From Fibrobacteria bacterium (GTDB lineage Bacteria > Fibrobacterota > Fibrobacteria > UBA11236): 64,000 nucleotides of DNA. This document shows positions 57,656-64,000 of the stretch, piece after piece. The notes under the pieces were generated by a model. That model was not told the DNA's origin and did no database searches. It saw only the letters and a list, made by a program, of their open reading frames with translations. Position numbers and translations under genes: made by a program. Location: positions 224,001-288,000 of the forward strand of contig JAYTSD010000008.1 of the NCBI GenBank assembly GCA_043745805.1. Direction: 5' to 3'. Numbering within the stretch: position 1 is the first letter of the stretch; every line of letters begins with the position of its first letter.

Positions 57656-57886
57656 GGTAAATTTTTATCCAAAAGCGAAATTGCTACTGAGATTATAAAG
57701 CATTACACAAAAAATCACAAGAAGTGTTAGAATTATTTGCAAATACTCTAAGTATGAGATTGCAAAAAGAAAATTAATTGGAAGTAAAATAATACACGGT
57801 TTTTTTTTAAACTCGGGTCTAAATTAAAATTAAGGAAAGCATTGGCTTTTATCTGAATAAATACTTAAAATTGATTCCACACTACT

Positions 57887-58162
57887 ATGCCTTTTTTAGT
57901 TGCGAATAATAAGAACTACCCGTTGCGAACGGGGATCAATTTAGTTGGTCGCGATCAAACTTGTGAAATATTTATTCCTGATCCACATATATCTCGCAAA
58001 CATCTTTCCATCGATGTTGTGGGTGATGGCACGATTACCATAATTGATTTAGGTTCAACTAATGGTTTGATGATTGATGGCGAAAAAGTACCCAGCGCCA
58101 TTTTAAATGAAGGCGCAAGTTTTACGGTAGGACAAACCACTTTTCAGGTCATGGACGATTAA
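57887..58162 (+). CDS. Stand-alone FHA domain protein
   Basis: VGRD, ISRKH, DLGSTNG. Confidence 0.9.
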   Translation: MPFLVANNKNYPLRTGINLVGRDQTCEIFIPDPHISRKHLSIDVVGDGTITIIDLGSTNGLMIDGEKVPSAILNEGASFTVGQTTFQVMDD

Positions 58163-58227
58163 ACGACTCGGATTATTAACGCTTTATAAAACAACCATAA
58201 TAAATGGTCTTTATTTATCCCCTAAAT

Positions 58228-59415
58228 CTAAAACTTAACTCTCTGAGCAAAATAAACACATTTCTTGTCCCCAATGCGAGCCAAGATAATAACCCCTTCT
58301 TCTGAACCCACCAATTTAAGCTGACCCCTTAAGGTTTCTGGTAAAATTTCAACACCACGCTTTTTAATTTCCAAACGCCCTATATTATTTTTTCGTAAAT
58401 ACTTTTGAATTTCTTTAATATTAAAAGGTAACTCGCAAATGACCTGATAACTTTTAAGTAAAGGATGATTGATTTTGGAGTTTCCCGATAAATAAGCAAT
58501 ATGCTCATCTAATAGCCAAAGACCAAGTTGCGCGGCCAATAAGCCAAACAGATGGGACCGAATGAGTGCTTTTACTGGCTCATATAAATAGGCTCCGACC
58601 TTATCTACTGAAGACACAAAATCTTTTAATTCTTGACGACTTGCTGCAAAGCTCGCTGACCCAGGCAATTCGGTGGCTCGCAACATTTTTGTTTGACCTA
58701 AACTTCCCGTCCAAATGACTAGCTCTAAACATTCATCGCGTAAACCTAAATACTCCCATTCATACGCTTCTAAAAATATTGGAGGATTCATACCCGGCCC
58801 TAATTTAATGGCCACATTTTCATAGCGGGAAATAATACTTTTAATAATATCCCAACTAGGAGAAAGATTTTCCGTGTTCCAATTATCGCTGCTTCCATTA
58901 GTTCTTCTTGCCGGATCAATAAATACATAATCAGCTCGCAATGGCGGCGCAGCAGCATCCGCACGAATCGCCAAAAAATTTTGGCGTGTTAAACCCACAT
59001 TATGTTTAAATGTTTTTAATGCCGCGAGATTCCAATCCACTCCTATCAAAGTATGTTGCGGTGGCACATTCATCGCATCCCCGCCTACCCCACAACATAA
59101 ATCCATAACGGTTGCGGGTGCTTTAGGTAATCGTTGCATTTTATATTTGGCAAGCTCTACCTGTGTCATTTGCTCAAAGCCTAAACGCGTAAGCAGCATT
59201 TTGGCAGCCAAAGAATTTTTTCTTGCCGCAACTTTTCTTAAAGCTCTTTGCTCCAATAAAGCTACACGCTGAGGGGCGCTAAAAGTTTTTAACCAAGTGG
59301 ATTGAGACAAAGCTAAATCATCACGAATATCGTTACCTATTGCCTCCAAAACCTTCAACGAGGCGGGTTCTAGCAAAAAAGTTATTTTTTCTACCTCGGT
59401 CAAATCATCTCCCAT
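58228..59415 (-). CDS. Class I SAM-dependent methyltransferase with THUMP-like C-terminus
   Basis: FEQMT, DLCCGVGGD, FIDPARR, KLGPG, YLYEP, LEIKKRGV. Confidence 0.85.
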   Translation of the reverse strand: MGDDLTEVEKITFLLEPASLKVLEAIGNDIRDDLALSQSTWLKTFSAPQRVALLEQRALRKVAARKNSLAAKMLLTRLGFEQMTQVELAKYKMQRLPKAPATVMDLCCGVGGDAMNVPPQHTLIGVDWNLAALKTFKHNVGLTRQNFLAIRADAAAPPLRADYVFIDPARRTNGSSDNWNTENLSPSWDIIKSIISRYENVAIKLGPGMNPPIFLEAYEWEYLGLRDECLELVIWTGSLGQTKMLRATELPGSASFAASRQELKDFVSSVDKVGAYLYEPVKALIRSHLFGLLAAQLGLWLLDEHIAYLSGNSKINHPLLKSYQVICELPFNIKEIQKYLRKNNIGRLEIKKRGVEILPETLRGQLKLVGSEEGVIILARIGDKKCVYFAQRVKF

Positions 59416-59585
59416 ACTATAGAATAAGGTTTAAAGCCATTCGCCTAAAGTCTTTAATAACAACTAGTTACCTCAAAATTAGCCATTGGCCACATAAAAA
59501 AAGTAACGGAAAAATAGTTTTTTCAAATTTTATACATTAATAAAAAGGAAACCATGATTAGCACAACTCGGCCCCAGGCCTTATT

Positions 59586-59954
59586 ATGATTAAAGGAATA
59601 GGCGTTGACATATGTCGCGTCGACAGAATTAGCGCTTTAAATGCAGAAACCATTACGCGCTTGCTTACGGAAAAAGAAAAAAAATACTGCGAAAAATATC
59701 TCGAATCCGCAGAAAGAATTGCTGGACGATTTGCTGCTAAAGAAGCTATTCTCAAGGCCTTAGGGACAGGTTGGAGTCAAGGTTTAAGCTGGCAACAAAT
59801 TGAAATCCTCCCCGATTCTGCAGGGGCTCCTACACCCCATTTGTCGGGGCCTGCACAGGAAAGGCTAAAACAATGCGGTGCAAAAAATTGTTTCGTTTCT
59901 ATTTCCCATGAAAAAGAATATGCCGTCGCCTTTGCCGTGATTGAAGGAGATTAA
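59586..59954 (+). CDS. acpS: Holo-[acyl-carrier-protein] synthase
   Basis: GIGVDI, AGRFAAKEA..KALGTG, VSISHE. Confidence 0.95.
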   Translation: MIKGIGVDICRVDRISALNAETITRLLTEKEKKYCEKYLESAERIAGRFAAKEAILKALGTGWSQGLSWQQIEILPDSAGAPTPHLSGPAQERLKQCGAKNCFVSISHEKEYAVAFAVIEGD

Positions 59955-60003
59955 ATGTGTTTGCGAAAGTATTGTCAATTTTCAGTAAATTTGGAGTTTC
60001 CGC

Positions 60004-60032
60004 TTGACACACCGTGTCCCAAGCAATAGACT
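60004..60032 (+). promoter_or_regulatory. Sigma70 promoter with a palindrome overlapping the -35 box
   Basis: TTGACA-17 nt-TAGACT; GACAC-ACC-GTGTC at 60006-60018. Confidence 0.7.
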
Positions 60033-60095
60033 TAAAGTGAGGACCTTGAGGAAATAATTATATTTCTTTCAATGGATAAAGGTTAGGAGAATGAT

Positions 60096-60488
60096 ATGAA
60101 ACCCCTCTATGTGAAATGTCCACATTGCAAAGAAGTCAGCGAACTGTTTCTTGGGTCGGAAGCATATATGATCGTTCTGAACTGCCCTTCCTGCAACTCG
60201 GCGCTCATGTATTACTATGGAAAAACTTTTGAGATCGACGAAAGCGAAATCGAAAAAATCCAAGGTAACTTGCAGATGACTACGGTGCAGGGCATATTAA
60301 AAAATATTAATGCCAGAGAAAGCGGTAAATCGCAAACGTCCTTAATGGTAAAGCCTATGGAACAAAGAGCCACGCATAAAGCAGGTGCTCCCGTTCGAGA
60401 AAGCGCTCTCCTAGACGACGATATTACCAATTTGAAAATTGATTTGGCACTTAGTAAAGACATTAACGAGTTTATTTCGCACATGTAA
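60096..60488 (+). CDS. Hypothetical protein with N-terminal Zn ribbon
   Basis: CPHC...CPSC; AGGAG RBS; strong upstream promoter. Confidence 0.75.
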   Translation: MKPLYVKCPHCKEVSELFLGSEAYMIVLNCPSCNSALMYYYGKTFEIDESEIEKIQGNLQMTTVQGILKNINARESGKSQTSLMVKPMEQRATHKAGAPVRESALLDDDITNLKIDLALSKDINEFISHM

Positions 60489-60540
60489 AAAATTTAGAGT
60501 GAAATTATTTCACCCCACTATTTCGAACTGTTGCCTCAGC

Positions 60541-62616
60541 TTATACAGCTAGGTGGCAAGCCACTCGGTATTGCCCTCGTTCTATGAGCGGGGGCATTTC
60601 TTTTTCACAACGCAAATCTTTATGTTTTAAATAAAGTGGGCAACGATTCCTAAAGGGACAGCCGCCTTCTAAACGCACCGGCTCTACATCGGGATATGTT
60701 TCTAAGAGTTCACCCATATCCTCACTCTCAAGACGTGGGGCAGAAGCCAATAAAAGCTTAGAATAGGGATGTTTAACTTGATGAACCGAAAATGCCGAGG
60801 CATCAGCCTCTTCAACTAAATAACCCATGTACATCACACCAATACGATGCGCCAAAATTTTAACTAGCGGAAGATTATGGGAAATAAATAAATAGGTTAG
60901 GCCAAATTGATCCTGAAAATCTTTGAGCAAGCCCATCACTTGGGATTGAATCGACAAATCCAAACTGGCAACAGGCTCATCACAAACTAAAAATGCCGGT
61001 TTGGTGATCAGCGCACGCGCTATGGTTACCCTTTGCTTTTCGCCAGAACTCAAATTTCCGGGATGCCTGCGCAATAAGGTTTTATCTAATCGGACTTGAC
61101 CCAAAACTTCTTCTACGCGCATCATTTTTTCTTTTTCCGTCATATTGGAAAAGCGCTCTAAGCCTTCTCTTAAAATTCTTTCGACCGTCATACCGGAATT
61201 TAAAACGGCTTCCGGATGCTGAAAGAGCATGCGAAATTCTTGGCGTAAATGCCGCATTTTACTTGAAGAAAAGGCAAGAATATTTTCTCCTCGAAAATGT
61301 ACTTCACCACTATCTGGCATTTGTAAAGCCATTAAGGCTAAAGCCAGTGTTGATTTACCTGATCCACTCTCCCCTACCAAGCCATAGGTTTGTCCCTCAG
61401 GTATCGCTAAGGTTACCTCATGTAAAGCGTGAAAGGTTCTTTTTCTTTGGGTAAAGACTTTATTTAATTTATGAATAACGACTAAATCTTTATTCGGTGC
61501 CGCTACACCTTCCCTATTCGCTAATCCACCCGCTGTGATTTTTTCTTCGCGCGTTTCTTTAGTTAAATGGGGATAATGACATTTAGACCAAGGCTCTCCA
61601 GCAGGAGCGCCGTTCTTTTGGGTCGGAGGTTTATGATTCTGACATTTTACTTTATCGACTTCATTTAAGGATTGCGCATAAGCGGCACATAAATTTCGAT
61701 AGGCACAGCCCACTCCACCATCGGGATTGGTGGGGGGTTCTAATTGTTTTTGTCCAAAGCGTGCAAAGGAGTGTAACAATAAGGCCGTATAAGGATGTTT
61801 TGGGGATTGGAGTAATTCCGCGGTACGACCGGTTTCCACCACTGTGCCACGATGCATCACATAAAGTCTTTCACACACTTCTTGTATTACACCAATATCA
61901 TGAGAAATTAGAATAATGCTAAGACCATGTTTGTCACGCAAGCGCGTAAACAATTGTAGTAACCTTGCTTGGGTCGTCACATCCAAGGATGTTGTCGGTT
62001 CATCTGCTATTAGTAATTTAGGGCGTGCGCATAAAGCGATAGATATCATCACTCGCTGAGCCATGCCTCCGCTGATTTGATGGGGATATAAACCCCAAAG
62101 ATTTTCGGCGTCGACTAAACCTACATCTTTCAGTAAATTTAATCCCGTTTCTTTGGGAGAACCTTGCACCACCTCAGGATGGCGATCCAAGGCTTCTATT
62201 AAATGTTCACCAACGGTAAAAAACGGATCCAATGAGGCTTTAGGTTCTTGAAAAATCACATTAATTTCTCGCCCTAACACGCTGCGTAATTGATGCCGAT
62301 GCGCTTGTAAATAAGGGCGATAACGTTTTTGAATAATTTCTTTATCAATCTGAACAAAGTCTTTATTTACAGGTAATAAAGACTTTTCTTCCAGATGAGC
62401 TTCGCCCTTCCACACCCCAGGTGCTCCACGCACTAAGCCCAATAGGCCTAGTACCGTAGTGGTTTTACCACTTCCCGATTCACCAATAAGCCCAACAATT
62501 TCCCCCTTACCAACTTCAAGGGAGACATGTTCTACCGCCTTGAGGTAACGTCCAGATTCCCCAAAATATATGCACAAATTGCGCACCGATAATAGTACGC
62601 TCTCACTTCCCTTCAC
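60541..62616 (-). CDS. Peptide/nickel ABC transporter, fused double ATP-binding protein (DppD+DppF-like)
   Basis: Two GESGSGK Walker A motifs; ISGGMAQR and LSSGEKQR; DEP; two HPY domains with Cys clusters. Confidence 0.92.
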   Translation of the reverse strand: MKGSESVLLSVRNLCIYFGESGRYLKAVEHVSLEVGKGEIVGLIGESGSGKTTTVLGLLGLVRGAPGVWKGEAHLEEKSLLPVNKDFVQIDKEIIQKRYRPYLQAHRHQLRSVLGREINVIFQEPKASLDPFFTVGEHLIEALDRHPEVVQGSPKETGLNLLKDVGLVDAENLWGLYPHQISGGMAQRVMISIALCARPKLLIADEPTTSLDVTTQARLLQLFTRLRDKHGLSIILISHDIGVIQEVCERLYVMHRGTVVETGRTAELLQSPKHPYTALLLHSFARFGQKQLEPPTNPDGGVGCAYRNLCAAYAQSLNEVDKVKCQNHKPPTQKNGAPAGEPWSKCHYPHLTKETREEKITAGGLANREGVAAPNKDLVVIHKLNKVFTQRKRTFHALHEVTLAIPEGQTYGLVGESGSGKSTLALALMALQMPDSGEVHFRGENILAFSSSKMRHLRQEFRMLFQHPEAVLNSGMTVERILREGLERFSNMTEKEKMMRVEEVLGQVRLDKTLLRRHPGNLSSGEKQRVTIARALITKPAFLVCDEPVASLDLSIQSQVMGLLKDFQDQFGLTYLFISHNLPLVKILAHRIGVMYMGYLVEEADASAFSVHQVKHPYSKLLLASAPRLESEDMGELLETYPDVEPVRLEGGCPFRNRCPLYLKHKDLRCEKEMPPLIERGQYRVACHLAV

Positions 62617-63625
62617 GGTAAGCTAGCCTCGCGTTAAGTCCATCACCCAAATAAAAAAATCCCAATATGGAAAATATGATCGCAATAGCTGGAAAAAATG
62701 TCAGCCAATACAATCCACTAAAAAATGTTTCCTGACTACCTTCAATAATATTTCCCCATGAAACCTCAGGAGGTTTTGTTCCGAACTGTAAATAGCTTAA
62801 AGTGGTTTCCATTAAAATAGATTCCGCCATAATTAAAGAAAATTGAATAAGTGCGACAGAACGATTTTGAAACCAAAATAAATGTCGATATAAAATTACA
62901 AAATCATTAAGTCCCGCTTCTTTTGCGGCCAACACAAAGCCCATATTGACTAATAATTTAACTCGCGTGGCAATTAGCTCAGCCACACGGGGAATCAAGG
63001 TTATGCCTAAAACAAACATGGTATAATAAATATTTGGCTCTACCGCACAAACTACTACTAATATTAATACTAGACGTGGAAGTGATAAAACGACACCGCT
63101 CAATGCCTGTACGATACGCCCAAAGTTACCACCATAATATCCGGCTAAAAGGCCAAGCGGAATACCAAAGCATAAGGCTACCGCGCAAGTCATTAAACCC
63201 GGCAAAAGACAATTGCGTGTGCCCGCTGATAATAAGGCAATTACATCATGACCATTTTTATCCGTCCCAAAAAAATGTTTTTTTTTTGCATCCTGATTTA
63301 CTACCGGAGACGCATCGTCTTTGTTTTGTAAATAATCCAGTTCTTCCTCGCCGGAAGAAGCACTGGATTCGGCATGCTCCATGTTCTGTGTATTTTCCGA
63401 ACCATGATTCTGATTAAGTTGTAATATTTTTAATCCCTTTTCAGTAGTTAAAAGGGATCTTAACCAAGGGTTGCTAGGCGGCGATAAAATAGCCGTAAAG
63501 TCCATTTCATCGGCCAAGGATTTTACTTTCGATCCCCCAAATAAAGAGGCTATCAATAGTAGGGTAACAATAAAGGACCCAATTAAAATACGCCAACTAC
63601 CTGGCAATTTTAAAAACTTACGCAA
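62603..63625 (-). CDS. Peptide ABC transporter permease (OppC/DppC-like)
   Basis: HFFGTDKNGHD, GLLAGYYGG, AAKEAG, LSYLQFG..PP..SWG, LGDGL. Confidence 0.9.
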   Translation of the reverse strand: MRKFLKLPGSWRILIGSFIVTLLLIASLFGGSKVKSLADEMDFTAILSPPSNPWLRSLLTTEKGLKILQLNQNHGSENTQNMEHAESSASSGEEELDYLQNKDDASPVVNQDAKKKHFFGTDKNGHDVIALLSAGTRNCLLPGLMTCAVALCFGIPLGLLAGYYGGNFGRIVQALSGVVLSLPRLVLILVVVCAVEPNIYYTMFVLGITLIPRVAELIATRVKLLVNMGFVLAAKEAGLNDFVILYRHLFWFQNRSVALIQFSLIMAESILMETTLSYLQFGTKPPEVSWGNIIEGSQETFFSGLYWLTFFPAIAIIFSILGFFYLGDGLNARLAYREGK

Positions 63626-63634
63626 ATAGCCTTC

Positions 63635-64000
63635 CTATTTTTGTAAACGTGGATCGAGCCATAAAGCCATTAAATCATTAATAAACATAAAAGAACGAAC
63701 AATAAAAGCCATCAACAAAGTAATTCCCATAATCACAAAAAAATCTCTCTTTAAAGTTGCTTCCCAGCTCAACCATCCAAGCCCATGAAAATTAAAAATG
63801 CGCTCTACCACAACAAGGCCACCCAGTAACACGGCAATATTGGAAACTACAATATTAAAAATAGGAAGTATCATTGATCGAAAAAAATGCCAAGTTAATC
63901 TGCTCCCGCGTGCACGAGCGGCTTTGATATACATAGCTCGATTTATGTTTTGTGTTTCCAAGGAGATAAAACGTACAAACTCACCCATGGTCCCATTGCC
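63635..64000 (-). CDS. Peptide ABC transporter permease (OppB/DppB-like), 5' truncated by window edge
   Basis: YIKAARARG, VVERIFNFHGLG, RDF, LDPR; frame open to the window end. Confidence 0.88.
   Translation of the reverse strand, partial: GNGTMGEFVRFISLETQNINRAMYIKAARARGSRLTWHFFRSMILPIFNIVVSNIAVLLGGLVVVERIFNFHGLGWLSWEATLKRDFFVIMGITLLMAFIVRSFMFINDLMALWLDPRLQK

Noticed and set aside
511-63417. Many short (60-140 aa) ORFs antisense to or nested in long genes, e.g. 511-729, 2595-2828, 7570-7782, 40607-40975, 47985-48401, 63034-63417
   Set aside because: They are shadow ORFs of well-supported genes, with no recognisable motifs or RBS.
1-64000. tRNA, rRNA, CRISPR array, transposase, integrase or prophage
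   Set aside because: No such signatures were seen by eye; tRNAscan-SE and Infernal runs would be needed to exclude small RNAs fully.

Overview
AT-rich bacterial chromosomal window with about 57 supportable CDS. I saw no rRNA, tRNA, CRISPR array or intact mobile element. Secreted-protein architecture and the eukaryote-type hisA suggest an FCB-group organism, most likely Fibrobacterota (inference). Housekeeping genes are mtgA, hisA, pyrB, dapL, rlmI, bcp, prmA, hemE, queA, an RluB-like synthase, ppx, acpS and a peptide ABC transporter. The main accessory feature is an ~18 kb nonulosonic-acid glycosylation island (6240-24369). It has PseB, a NeuB/PseI synthase, a GNAT and an SpsF-type CMP-transferase, but no PseC aminotransferase or PseG hydrolase. 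It instead carries four extra NAD(P)-type oxidoreductases, a Rieske-less CMP-Neu5Ac-hydroxylase-like enzyme, a TPR-fused 2OG-Fe(II) dioxygenase and three large multidomain glycosyltransferases, so it is a candidate pathway to an undescribed oxidatively tailored sialic-acid-like sugar. The 28.1-28.9 kb intergenic region holds a GC-rich multibranch RNA-like element, twin palindromic operators and a gene remnant. Other notable items are a zincin/Ddl-like ATP-grasp pair, a catalytically dead PEP-CTERM-type deacetylase, an archaeal-like ferredoxin/geranylgeranyl-reductase pair and a kinase/HDOD/degenerate HD-GYP triad. All family assignments come from motif recognition by eye; no searches were run.
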